64,000 nucleotides of DNA, from positions 109,605 through 173,604 of the forward strand of contig CP070820.1 of NCBI GenBank assembly GCA_020344315.1, in the 5' to 3' direction. Below the pieces are notes generated by a model. The model had not been told where the DNA came from. It searched no databases and saw only the letters and a list, made by a program, of their open reading frames with translations. The translations under genes were made by a program, and so were the position numbers. Shown piece by piece: positions 30,425-39,900 of this stretch (position 1 is the stretch's first letter; the number at the start of each line of letters is the position of its first letter). Origin of the DNA: Candidatus Bathyarchaeum sp. Its GTDB lineage: Archaea; Thermoproteota; Bathyarchaeia; Bathyarchaeales; Bathyarchaeaceae.

Positions 30425-31519
30425 TTATTTTCCAGCCTCCTCCGTTTTTTTGGCCGGAGCAACCTTGGGTTTAGCCTTTTTCTTTTTAGTTACAGTTTTT
30501 TCTTTAGCAGTGGGAGACTTCTTTGACTTAGCTGCTTTCTTTTTAGTCACTTTCTTCTTCGTTACCTTCTTTTTTTTAGCAGGAGAAACCTCAGGTTTAG
30601 ATGTTTTCTTTTTCGCTACCTTTTTCTTTTTAGCAGGGAGAGCCGCTGGTTCTGCCACTTTTTTTTCAGTTTTTCCCTTTTCTTTAGGCTTAGAAACCTT
30701 TTTTCTGGCTACTTTCTTCTTCGCCACCACTTTTTCTTCAACAGAAGGAAGCTCTGGTTCAGCTACTTTCTCTTTTACTTCTGCTTTTTCTTCAGCAGTA
30801 GGAGTCGCTGGTTCAACTTTCTTCGCTTCTTCAGCTGAAAGAATTTTTGGTTTGGCTACTTTCTCCTCTGCTGCCACCTTTTCCTCTACGATCTTGCCTT
30901 CTGGTTCGCTCTCAAATTCTTCCTCAAGTATTTGTATTTGCACTTGATCAGGAAACTTTGCATCAGGGGGTATTATCCGCACTTTTACTCCCAAAATTCC
31001 AGGTTTCAACTGGACGTGTAACTCCGCTGCTCTCATGTACTTCCTTGGAGGTTCCCCACTTTTAGGCAAGTATCCTGTTCGAAATTTTTCGTATCGAGCC
31101 CTGTCCGTCCGTAACTTTCCGCTTATAATAACCTCTGCGCCTAGGGCCCCCCCTTCCATAATTTGGTTTAAGCCCCAGAAACCAGCTCTTCGATAGTGAA
31201 CGCCCCGTTTCAATGCTGAGGCGATTCGTGATGCCACAACATGGGCGTTGAGTTCAGGAATTTCGATTTCGGCAACTGAAATCTGGGGGCTGGGGAGTTG
31301 GAACTTCTCTTCCAAGACGACCGCAAGTTCTCTTATGGTTTCTCCGCCTCTTCCGATGATCAGCCCGGGGCGCATGGTGTATACCACTAGGTGGGTTCCT
31401 AGGGGGGTTTTTGTGATGCTTACGCCACCGTATCCTGCTCTTTCAAATTCATTCCGTAAAAATTCGTCAATCTCTGCCTTCTTTATTGAATCCTCTATAA
31501 AGTGCTTAACAACAGACAT
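30425..31519 (-). CDS. rps3: 30S ribosomal protein S3 with ~165-aa Lys-rich C-terminal extension
   Basis: RPGLIIGRGG (KH), EVIISGKL, GILGVKVRI. Confidence 0.97.
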   Translation of the reverse strand: MSVVKHFIEDSIKKAEIDEFLRNEFERAGYGGVSITKTPLGTHLVVYTMRPGLIIGRGGETIRELAVVLEEKFQLPSPQISVAEIEIPELNAHVVASRIASALKRGVHYRRAGFWGLNQIMEGGALGAEVIISGKLRTDRARYEKFRTGYLPKSGEPPRKYMRAAELHVQLKPGILGVKVRIIPPDAKFPDQVQIQILEEEFESEPEGKIVEEKVAAEEKVAKPKILSAEEAKKVEPATPTAEEKAEVKEKVAEPELPSVEEKVVAKKKVARKKVSKPKEKGKTEKKVAEPAALPAKKKKVAKKKTSKPEVSPAKKKKVTKKKVTKKKAAKSKKSPTAKEKTVTKKKKAKPKVAPAKKTEEAGK

Positions 31520-31989
31520 TAGGTTGCCTCCATCTCTTCCAGAACAAGTTCTACGTGAGAAAGGGTGTTAACGCGAGGTGATGATCGCCCGAAGGCTCTG
31601 GGAGTGAAGCGTTTTATCTTCATTCCTGGGTAGGCTGAGGCGTGAATTATTCGAAGTCGCTCCATGTCAAGGCCCTTAAATTCTGCGTTTGCCTCTGCGC
31701 CTTCAAGCACCTTCAAGATTTGTTGTGCAGCCTTAACAGGATATCTGCCAGCGAAGGCGTTTTCTAAACCGTGGCGGTGACCTACTTTTTTGTTATGTCT
31801 GCGGAAGGGCACGGGTTTTTTCTTTAGGATAACCTGCCGAAGGTATTCTTTGGCTTGATCAAGCTTCATTCCTTTTATTGTCTTGCACACTTCTCTTGCG
31901 TGTTTAGGGGATACTCTCAATTCGCGTCCGCTAGCTTTGACCATTTTGTCAGGATCCATGTCCGTTATTGAGTATCCCCATTTTGGCAT
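31519..31989 (-). CDS. rpl22: 50S ribosomal protein L22
   Basis: MPKWGYS, VSPKHAREVC, GRYPVKAA, PRAFGR; true start ATG 31989. Confidence 0.97.
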   Translation of the reverse strand: MPKWGYSITDMDPDKMVKASGRELRVSPKHAREVCKTIKGMKLDQAKEYLRQVILKKKPVPFRRHNKKVGHRHGLENAFAGRYPVKAAQQILKVLEGAEANAEFKGLDMERLRIIHASAYPGMKIKRFTPRAFGRSSPRVNTLSHVELVLEEMEAT

Positions 31990-32014
31990 TTCTATCGTCA
32001 AGTCAGTAACAAGC

Positions 32015-32030
32015 AGGATATTTAAGGCTT
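32015..32030 (-). promoter_or_regulatory. Putative TATA box of the ribosomal operon (short or leaderless transcript)
   Basis: Minus strand AAAGCCTTAAATAT about 30 nt upstream of the rpl22 ATG. Confidence 0.55.
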
Positions 32031-32463
32031 TATGGCGAAAGAAAACGAGTGGATACTCAGAAACTATCACAAAGGCAACAAAGAAGAATGATGTTATTAA
32101 CAGAAGAATGTTCAATTATATAGTAGAGATGGTTGGTATTGAACTTCAGAAAAAGTAACTTTGCACTCTTCAGTGATACCCAATTTTAGAAATATACTAT
32201 ATTTTCAAAAATCCAGTCTAGGAAGTTTGGTTATCCAGATACACCATCCATCCCTAGACGAGGCTACTCGCCCAAATATTATGGCGCGACCTTCCCCGTA
32301 GAGCTTAGAAAGATGGTGAAATCTTTCACGTCAGCTTACATTTAGTTAAGGACCTTTCAAAGTATACACAAGGTGTTCGTAGGCTTTTAATAAACGTAGC
32401 TTCTTTGCTGGGATTTTTTCTCTATCTATCTTTTTTCGTATCCTGCGTAGCTCATTGTTGATT

Positions 32464-32790
32464 TTAACTCGCAGATCCATACGCTATTCCCCCCATAATT
32501 CCAGATGGGCGCGTAGGGTGCCTGATTAAAGGATAACTTGGCTTTCTGAGGCATGTGAATACCATGTGACCTCTTTTTTCAGTAATGGAATTAGCCATTG
32601 TTCTGCAGGACAGGTGTTTAACGAGGTGGTTCTGGATAATAACTTCCAGTTGTTTCTGAAGTTTCTTGTTTAAGTTGGCTTTATCCGCAATAGGCCTTTC
32701 TGTTAACGCGTTTTGCGTGTCCAAGTTTTTATCGAAGTTAATATGCGTTTCCAGCTTTGTCCTCTGCATAATTGATCCCCCACGCGCCAA
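32464..32790 (-). CDS. Hypothetical protein (doubtful)
   Basis: Longest ORF in a ~1 kb gap; no recognisable motif. Confidence 0.3.
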   Translation of the reverse strand: MARGGSIMQRTKLETHINFDKNLDTQNALTERPIADKANLNKKLQKQLEVIIQNHLVKHLSCRTMANSITEKRGHMVFTCLRKPSYPLIRHPTRPSGIMGGIAYGSAS

Positions 32791-33088
32791 GAACGTCTTT
32801 TTCCGTTTTCAGGATTTAACTTGTATGAAGCTTAAGTATGAATCAGTGATAATACTCCATATTCTAAATCCGAATCAAAACTGATAAATATCCTAGTAGA
32901 AAACCGAGGTGGATCACCAATTTAGGTTTTGAATTCGCGTTTCACAACTCGTTAAACTGTGGACCTATTACGGTTCTTTAGGGTCATCGGGCAGGGATTC
33001 TACATGATTCGTCACGGAAATGTTTTATGAAGAGTCTAACTTCTCATTGAGATGTTACATTCAGCAATGATGTCAATGTGGGACAGTT

Positions 33089-34147
33089 ATGGGGTCTAGT
33101 AGAATAGCCGAGTTTGAATCTAACAAGGTTGGAGATAAACTGACGGTTCAGGAGCAGGTTGTAGAAGCTTTAAGGAAGCCTGAAGCTTATGATGAAGACC
33201 CGGGTCAAATTGAACTGAAACAAACACACATATCATTCATTTTCCTAACAGGAAATTTTGTTTACAAATTGAAAAAGGCTGTAGACTTCGGATTCTTAGA
33301 TTTCACAACCCTAGAAAAGAGACGGTTTTTCTGTGAAAAGGAGTTGGACCTCAATAGACGGTTATGTGGAGATATGTATCTTGAGGTGGTTCCTATCAAC
33401 AGATCAGATTTTATCAAGATAAAGGGCGATGGAGTAACCGTTGAATATGCCGTAAAGATGAAGAGAATGCCTGAAGAAACGATGATGACCAGACTTCTTG
33501 AAGAGAATAAGGTGGATAGAAGACTGATTGACAGAATGGCAAAGATAATAGCAGAATTCCATTCAAAAGCGGAAACAAATAAGAGAATAGGCGAATTCGG
33601 GTCCTTGCCGATAATAGGAACAAATTGGAAGGAGAATTTTGATCAAACTAGGGAATTCATCGGCAAAACGATATTCCCAAAAAGTTATCGATTAATCCGC
33701 GAAAGAATAGATGATTTCATGAAGAGAAGTGTGTCCTTGTTTAGGAAGAGAGTGGATGAGAATCGTGTGAGAGATTGTCATGGAGACATTCACTCGGGAA
33801 ACATCTTTGTTGCAGACAAGATTTACATTTTTGACGCGATAGAATTTAACGAAAGATTCAGGTATTCGGACGTTGCCTCTGACATTGCTTTCTTAGCCAT
33901 GGACTTGGACTTTAAAGATCGAAGCGATCTGTCTAGTTTCTTCGTTGAAAGATATGCGAAGTATTCGGGAGACCAGGAGTTGAGGCAGCTTCTTCATTTC
34001 TACAAGTGCTATCGAGCTTACGTTCGAGGAAAAGTTATCAGCTTTAAACTGAATGATCCCAGTGTGGACAGTGAGGAAAAGAGGGCAACGATAAAAGAGG
34101 CGGAGGCATACTTCGAGTTAGCTGCCAACTATGCAAGACAGTTTTGA
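33089..34147 (+). CDS. Aminoglycoside-phosphotransferase-like kinase (COG2187-type)
   Basis: QTHISFIFL, YKLKKAVDFGFLDFTT, CHGDIHSGN, FDAIEFN, YRAYVRGKV. Confidence 0.9.
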   Translation: MGSSRIAEFESNKVGDKLTVQEQVVEALRKPEAYDEDPGQIELKQTHISFIFLTGNFVYKLKKAVDFGFLDFTTLEKRRFFCEKELDLNRRLCGDMYLEVVPINRSDFIKIKGDGVTVEYAVKMKRMPEETMMTRLLEENKVDRRLIDRMAKIIAEFHSKAETNKRIGEFGSLPIIGTNWKENFDQTREFIGKTIFPKSYRLIRERIDDFMKRSVSLFRKRVDENRVRDCHGDIHSGNIFVADKIYIFDAIEFNERFRYSDVASDIAFLAMDLDFKDRSDLSSFFVERYAKYSGDQELRQLLHFYKCYRAYVRGKVISFKLNDPSVDSEEKRATIKEAEAYFELAANYARQF

Positions 34148-34160
34148 TCGAAAAAATTTT

Positions 34161-35033
34161 CTAGCAAGTGAATTGCTCTGCCACAAATTTGGGGATTTTA
34201 ACTGTTCCCATGATTATGGGGTTCTGGTGGCAATCGCTTCCTCCAGTCATGATTAGTCCGTGTTTTTTTGCAAAGTCTATGTAATGTTTCGTTGTTTCGG
34301 GGTCGTTTCTGGAGTGCCAGCACTCTATGCCATCAATGTGCTTTAGTAGCAACTCTTCGATTATGTCTGTCTGTTTTTGCAGTGATTTGGTCAATTTCAC
34401 AAGTGAGATTCCGAATGGGTCATTGGGGTGGGCTAACACTACTATTCCCCCAGCGTTTCTCATTAGTCGCGAGGCTTCTTCAACGTAAAGAGGATACTTG
34501 GGAACGTTGCACTTCACAAGATACTTGTCAAAGGCTTCTTGCCTATCTTGGACGATTCCTTTTTTTATTAGATAGTCTGCTATGTGGGGTCGGCCTATTG
34601 CTCCGTCAGCGGAGGCTTGAATGGCGCTCCAATCGTTTGTTGTTAATTTTTTGATCTTTTCTTTTTCGAATTCTGCGTTTATCTTTTCTAGGATCTTTGC
34701 GGCTCTTTCTTCTCGGTAGTTTCTTAGTTGTTGAAGTTTTTTCTTCATTTCTCTGTTGTTTATGTCATATTGGTATCCTAAGAGGTCTAATGGTATTAGT
34801 TTACCATTGGTTATTTTTGGGTGGGAAAGGGATACGCTCAATTCGATTCCATAGACGTATTGGATTCCGTTTTTCTTTGCTAGAGCCTCTGCTTTCTCTT
34901 GGCAGCCGATTGAGTCGTGGTCTGTAATCGACATTAACCCAATGTTTCTGGTTTTGGCTTCTTCGATAATCTCTTCAATGAACAAGGTTCCGTCAGAGCA
35001 ATTCTTTGAGTGAATATGCAAATCTATTATCAT
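34161..35033 (-). CDS. PHP-domain phosphoesterase (TrpH/YciV-like)
   Basis: DLHIHS..SDG, ITDHD, GRPHIA, VLAHP, TGGSDCH. Confidence 0.93.
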   Translation of the reverse strand: MIIDLHIHSKNCSDGTLFIEEIIEEAKTRNIGLMSITDHDSIGCQEKAEALAKKNGIQYVYGIELSVSLSHPKITNGKLIPLDLLGYQYDINNREMKKKLQQLRNYREERAAKILEKINAEFEKEKIKKLTTNDWSAIQASADGAIGRPHIADYLIKKGIVQDRQEAFDKYLVKCNVPKYPLYVEEASRLMRNAGGIVVLAHPNDPFGISLVKLTKSLQKQTDIIEELLLKHIDGIECWHSRNDPETTKHYIDFAKKHGLIMTGGSDCHQNPIIMGTVKIPKFVAEQFTC

Positions 35034-35051
35034 GATTATAACTGAGCCCAA

Positions 35052-35654
35052 TTATCTAACTTCTTTTCCGATTATATACCAGTCTTCAGGGTTGTCGTAT
35101 TCGGTGTCAACTGTCAAGTGTATTATCTCAAGGTGTGGATGTCTCTGTTTCAGGTCATCCAAGTCAATAGGTTCAAACCGTTTCTTGTTGTTAAGATAGG
35201 CTTGTCTAGTCAAGGCGTTCGATTCATACTTCTCTTTGGTTCTCCGCAAGATTCGCGTAATGGACGCTTCTTCAGTGCAGCTGGTCTGAAGGATAACAAA
35301 GGGTATTCCGGTTTTTGTGGCTATCTCAGCGGCGCGTCTCCGCAGTTTCTGGGTTACAAAAGTAGCATCTAATATTACGCCTTTACCTTTCTGTGCAAGG
35401 TCCTCTGCTTGTCGAAACATCTCATCATAGACAAGCTCTCGTTTGGACATGTTTCCTGCCACTTTCGCGTCAAAGATATCCTCATTTTTGAGAACTTCCA
35501 GCCGAATCAAATCGGTTCGAAGAATTGGGTATCCCCTAATTTTCGAAATTTCCTGGGATGTCTCCGTTTTCCAAGTTCCTGGAAGCCCACATGTAATTAA
35601 TAGAATGTTGGGGCTTAACTCAGCTTCCACAAATTCTGCAAAAGGCTCCCGCAA
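35052..35654 (-). CDS. AAA_33-type P-loop kinase (COG0645-type)
   Basis: CGLPGTWKT, TDLIR, VILDATF. Confidence 0.85.
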   Translation of the reverse strand: MREPFAEFVEAELSPNILLITCGLPGTWKTETSQEISKIRGYPILRTDLIRLEVLKNEDIFDAKVAGNMSKRELVYDEMFRQAEDLAQKGKGVILDATFVTQKLRRRAAEIATKTGIPFVILQTSCTEEASITRILRRTKEKYESNALTRQAYLNNKKRFEPIDLDDLKQRHPHLEIIHLTVDTEYDNPEDWYIIGKEVR

Positions 35655-35706
35655 TTAAGTGCACCCGTGTTTTAAGGTGAAGCAAAGCAAAAATAAACTT
35701 TTGCAT

Positions 35707-35762
35707 GTTTTTTGGAAAAGTACTGTTTTCAACAATACGCTGTTATTAGGCTTCAAATATGC
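35707..35762 (+). repeat. Dispersed intergenic repeat, copy 3 (degenerate)
   Basis: ttttttggaaaagtactgttttcaacaatacgctgttattaggcttcaaatatg. Confidence 0.75.
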
Positions 35763-35851
35763 TGTTTTTTTCTTGGATGGGGGTTAGAATCGCGAAGAAA
35801 AAGTTAGGTGTTCTTTGGGTTGGAAAAAGTGGGATTCGAAGATGCTGGAGT

Positions 35852-36106
35852 TTATTCGTTTTTGTATTCTTTTGCGACAATCATTGTTGTTGTTAGGAAG
35901 ATGTCTGATAGTGCCCTGAGTTTGTCTGTTAGGAATTTGTCTAGGTCGGCTAGGTCTTTTACGCGAACCTTTGCGATGGCGTCGTATTCGCCGTAAAGCT
36001 CGTCTACCTGAACGACTTCTTCGAAGTTGGCAACCTTCTCGCACACGTCTCTTTCAGCTCCTGACTTTAGGGTAACTAGAATATAGCCATAGACTGCCAT
36101 TTTCAT
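35852..36106 (-). CDS. Stand-alone Lrp/AsnC ligand-binding (RAM) domain protein
   Basis: GYILV, LYGEYDAIAKV, TTTMI; no HTH. Confidence 0.88.
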   Translation of the reverse strand: MKMAVYGYILVTLKSGAERDVCEKVANFEEVVQVDELYGEYDAIAKVRVKDLADLDKFLTDKLRALSDIFLTTTMIVAKEYKNE

Positions 36107-36289
36107 TTCATCTCCACAATAAGACTTCAACACAAAAACTTAAACATATCGTTCAAAATGCTGAAAGACAACATAAAAACTGGGCTAACAAACCACTCTC
36201 TTTGCCAGCCTCTTCTTATAAATCATAACTGCAAAAGTTGCTACCAAAAACAAAGGCATAATAATCTTATGATGAAAACTTGATATTGT

Positions 36290-36733
36290 TCATTGGGTAT
36301 TTGGGAACCTTGGAACAATATACTCATCAATAGTGACGTGGCCTAACCTCAGGGTGACTGTAACCCATCCAATTGTGTCTAAAGTCAAATAAACGTAACC
36401 ACTAATCACTCTTTTTTCTCCTGAATTAAGAACAGCCAGACTCTTGGCTTCTCCCGGACCAGAGTCCGTGCTACATTTTATGGTTAAGGTCAAACCTTCG
36501 ACATCATTGACTCCAAGGTTTTCAATTGTTACGTTAGCTTTGGACTGGATTTTTACTCCAACAATGGGCCAGAAGCCAGATGATGAAAACTCTGTAATCT
36601 TTACCAAGTTTGTATATTTGCTAAGTTGTGTTTCTTGTTCAGTAATTTGATTTTGGAGTTGATAGAATAAGAATCCGTTAACAATACCCAGTATAACAAT
36701 AGTGATGGATAAGACAACAACTAACTTATTCAT
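36290..36733 (-). CDS. Hypothetical membrane-anchored protein
   Basis: N-terminal TM, short coiled coil and an Ig/CARDB-like stretch (VTIENLGVNDVEGLTL). Confidence 0.7.
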   Translation of the reverse strand: MNKLVVVLSITIVILGIVNGFLFYQLQNQITEQETQLSKYTNLVKITEFSSSGFWPIVGVKIQSKANVTIENLGVNDVEGLTLTIKCSTDSGPGEAKSLAVLNSGEKRVISGYVYLTLDTIGWVTVTLRLGHVTIDEYIVPRFPNTQ

Positions 36734-37988
36734 GAAACCTGCCCCAAACCTTCCTCTTAACAAAGACAATCGCTAGACCACCCACCAAAAAGAAAACTAA
36801 AACCAAACCTGAGGGGAACTCTGGGATTTCTGGGTTTGTTTCGGTCAGGAAGGGAATGAAATTCACTGTGCCCAGATCAAACAAATTATCTTCAAAATCG
36901 ACGATTAACTGACTGATTGTTTGTGTATCTGTTGTTCCCCACCAATTAAATGTGGCAGTGATATTCTTTGATGCATCACGCGATAATTCGATGTTGATAG
37001 AGTTGCCGTAAATATTGTTGCGTGTTATTGTTGGCGAATGAGGGTTTTTTACAGAAATTCCAACTTCATTGTTAGTAATTGTGTTGTTTTGAATTGTTAA
37101 TGATGTTTTTAGGTTATTAAAGTTGGGGCTGAAAATGAATATTCCATAGTAACTGTTAGTAATCAAATTTCTTTCGATTAAAACATGTCCACCATACCCA
37201 CGACTTCCACCAAACCAAATACACGTACGGCTACCGGATGGCCTTCCGGCACCCCCAGAAATTACATTATCAACAATGGATACAAACTCCCCGCCATCCT
37301 CTCCATAGAATGCAATACATCCGTCCGAAAAGTTGTTATTTGATATTGTAGGTGAGCCGCCTTTAATATCAATGATGCCAAGTATTTCATTTTTCGAGAT
37401 TACAGGCGAACCACCATAAACAATTATTCCACTATTGTCCACGAATGTACATTCGGTTAATTTTAGCGAATTACTAATCGTTACATCAGTTTGACTAAAA
37501 ATCGTGTCTTCTATTATGCAACCTGAATCAGTTTGCTCATTCCATCCGATACTGGATTGCGAAAAAGCAATTGAAGAATAAGTAGGCGGAATAAAAAAAG
37601 ATGGGGAATAAGCAACACCGTTTACGTGAATTGGATTAGTTCTCGTACCTCTTGCCGTCAATACACCATTTACTTGTATCGCGCTTCCAGCTGATTCAAG
37701 ATTTATAGTAACCCCTGATTGAATTATCATGGTACCATTCACCCTTATGTAGTAATCATTAGAATTCAGAATGGTACCCGCTTCGATTGTTAATGTTACA
37801 CCACTATTTACGAGGACATTTCCAGCAAGGTTGTATGGGCTGTTTGCTTGCGTCCAAGTAGTATCTGAAGCGATTATACTCATAACATCAGTGGAAGCTT
37901 TCACTGTGTCAAAATGCACATCACTGACTAGAATTAATCCGCCCACAAGCATTATTATTAATAATGCACGTGAGAATGATTTTCTCAT
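36726..37988 (-). CDS. Secreted right-handed beta-helix (NosD/CASH-like) protein with PEF-CTERM-like sorting signal
   Basis: Signal peptide, repeated I-x-x-N-x-I units, NWWG, C-terminal IPEFP-TM-KRK. Confidence 0.85.
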   Translation of the reverse strand: MRKSFSRALLIIMLVGGLILVSDVHFDTVKASTDVMSIIASDTTWTQANSPYNLAGNVLVNSGVTLTIEAGTILNSNDYYIRVNGTMIIQSGVTINLESAGSAIQVNGVLTARGTRTNPIHVNGVAYSPSFFIPPTYSSIAFSQSSIGWNEQTDSGCIIEDTIFSQTDVTISNSLKLTECTFVDNSGIIVYGGSPVISKNEILGIIDIKGGSPTISNNNFSDGCIAFYGEDGGEFVSIVDNVISGGAGRPSGSRTCIWFGGSRGYGGHVLIERNLITNSYYGIFIFSPNFNNLKTSLTIQNNTITNNEVGISVKNPHSPTITRNNIYGNSINIELSRDASKNITATFNWWGTTDTQTISQLIVDFEDNLFDLGTVNFIPFLTETNPEIPEFPSGLVLVFFLVGGLAIVFVKRKVWGRFHE

Positions 37989-38046
37989 CCTATTAACTCC
38001 ACTTGACCCAATAATAACTGTGTTTGACAATCTGAAAAGCGTTTTT

Positions 38047-38101
38047 GTCAAGAAACCTTGACCAAAACACGCTCTTCCCTAGTCAAGAAACCTTGACCAA
38101 A
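38047..38101. promoter_or_regulatory. Tandem palindromic operator-like sites GTCAAG-AAAC-CTTGAC x2
   Basis: Identical 20-mers GTCAAGAAACCTTGACCAAA at 38047-38066 and 38082-38101. Confidence 0.65.
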
Positions 38102-38132
38102 CGTTACTTTCCCTTCAAATCAAAAAGCAGAG

Positions 38133-38609
38133 TTATTTTTTTCTGCGTTTTTCCTGTGCTTCTCGTTCGCTGACCCAATACGATTCACTGCTAATACCCG
38201 CTTCATCCACAAGGTGCTCCTTCTTGAAGACTGGAGCCTCATGCTTATAGCGTTCCACAGCTTCCTTCAGAACCCCAAAAACGTTCTCCCTGTGAGCCCC
38301 TGCCACCACAACATACACCAAGTCTTCGCCGACACCGAACTCTCCGACAAAATGGTGAATCTGAACATCAACAACCCCCTCCCTCTTCTTCAACTCTTCA
38401 CAGATTCCCCCAAGAACCCTGTTAGCCTTCTCCTCATAGGCCTCCAACTCCAGCCCCTCCACATTTTCGCCACCCACAGTTTCGCCACGAACCACACCAA
38501 CAAACATAGCCACGGCTCCTGCCTTCTGAAAGTCTGCCTTCTCCTTCACAGATTTAATCAGCTCAGAGAGGGAGAGTTCGCCTTTCTTGTGAATGCCCAC
38601 ATACTCCAT
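38133..38609 (-). CDS. moaE: Molybdopterin synthase catalytic subunit
   Basis: GAVAMFVGVVR, LELEAY, AGAHR, KHEAPVFKKE. Confidence 0.93.
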   Translation of the reverse strand: MEYVGIHKKGELSLSELIKSVKEKADFQKAGAVAMFVGVVRGETVGGENVEGLELEAYEEKANRVLGGICEELKKREGVVDVQIHHFVGEFGVGEDLVYVVVAGAHRENVFGVLKEAVERYKHEAPVFKKEHLVDEAGISSESYWVSEREAQEKRRKK

Positions 38610-38652
38610 ACTACAGTCACCCGGTTAACAATCTATTATCTGATATACTCTC

Positions 38653-39687
38653 TCAAAAACGATTCTGGTTGTAACGGGGGCGCCCTTTCAGATTAACAGT
38701 TCTATAGATCGGGTGCTCCTTGAATCGAAGATTGGTTTCCGATTTCTCCATAGTTCCGCTGGGCAACCTTACGCAGAGCGAACTGACATTCGCTCCGGTG
38801 GAAGTGAAGCGTACCCCGTCCAAGAGTTCGCCTTTTGTGATTCCGGAGGCTGCGAAGACCAGTTCGTTGCCCTTAGCCAACTCGTTTTCGTTGTAAGTTT
38901 TGTTTACATCAACACCTGCTTCTATCAGCCTACTGAGTCGATCAGCATCATCCTCCTTATCTCTCCAAACCTTTACAAGCATAGTGCCCCCCAGACACTT
39001 CACTGCAGTCGCTGCGATGGTTGCCTCAGGTCCTGCACCAGCGCCCAAAAGAAGATCAACCCCAGAATCAGGAATACAAGTGGCAACGGCTGCCGCGATA
39101 TCGCCGTCAGGAAGCAAAATTATTCTCACTCCAAGTTTCCTTAGGCCCTTCAGAATCTTGAGATGTCTCTCCCGTTCCAGCATAATAACTGTGAAGTTTT
39201 CAAGAGGCAAACTCTTCTCCTCTGCAACTGTGGTAACAATCTCTTCAACAGACATATCCAAAGAAATCTTGCCGAGAGACTGCTCGTCAGTCGCCACTTT
39301 GAAGTAATATCCATCATCAGGTAGCACCTGAAGACAGTTGGCTGGTGCACAGACAAGAGCGGAGATAGCGTCTTTTCTGCCTTTAGAAGTTGCAGTTGTG
39401 CCGTCAACAGGATCAATGACGAACTCAACTTTTGGGCCTTTCCCTGTTCCAACCTTTTCTCTGCACATGAAGGCTGGCGCGTTGTCTTTGGGTCCTTCAC
39501 AGGAGATGACTTCGCCGTCAACTTCAGTTTGATCCAGCACTGCTCTCGAAAACTCGACGGCTTTTGCGTCTACTAGATTCTTGTCTCCTTGACCAATATG
39601 AAATGCCGCCCCCACAGCTCCGGCAATGGTTATTCTGGTTAAAGAGGGCGCCAAAGCCCTAAGAGATATCAAGTTTACCACCGCCAC
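38653..39687 (-). CDS. glpX: Class II fructose-1,6-bisphosphatase family (divergent GlpX)
   Basis: GDKN, DPVDGT, RERH, DGDI, GITKGELLDGV. Confidence 0.85.
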   Translation of the reverse strand: MAVVNLISLRALAPSLTRITIAGAVGAAFHIGQGDKNLVDAKAVEFSRAVLDQTEVDGEVISCEGPKDNAPAFMCREKVGTGKGPKVEFVIDPVDGTTATSKGRKDAISALVCAPANCLQVLPDDGYYFKVATDEQSLGKISLDMSVEEIVTTVAEEKSLPLENFTVIMLERERHLKILKGLRKLGVRIILLPDGDIAAAVATCIPDSGVDLLLGAGAGPEATIAATAVKCLGGTMLVKVWRDKEDDADRLSRLIEAGVDVNKTYNENELAKGNELVFAASGITKGELLDGVRFTSTGANVSSLCVRLPSGTMEKSETNLRFKEHPIYRTVNLKGRPRYNQNRF

Positions 39688-39900
39688 CTACTAACATGAG
39701 ATCACTTGTAAAATGTTTTCGGGAAAAAACGATGAAGCACTGTAAAACGTTGATATCTTGCCACTCACTTTCAGCATCAGCTTTCACCGTTGTTTTCTGT
39801 GTTTGTAAAAAGTTAAATGCCCAATCTTCATTTGAAATATTTATTCGAAATATAAAATATTTTTAAACTTTCGCTTGACACTGATTTGAATGAATGAAAA

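Noticed and set aside
30336..30947. Phe-rich 203-aa plus-strand ORF (also 27595-27957 and 26074-26841)
   Set aside because: Antisense shadows of Lys-rich or ordinary ribosomal genes
31990..32115. Hydrophobic N-terminal extension on L22
   Set aside because: It covers the TATA region; conserved L22 begins at MPKWGYS
32160..32460. Possible small gene or fragment (..IPRRGYSPKYYGATFPVELRKMVKSFTSAYI)
   Set aside because: No start codon or SD at its 5' end and no recognisable motif
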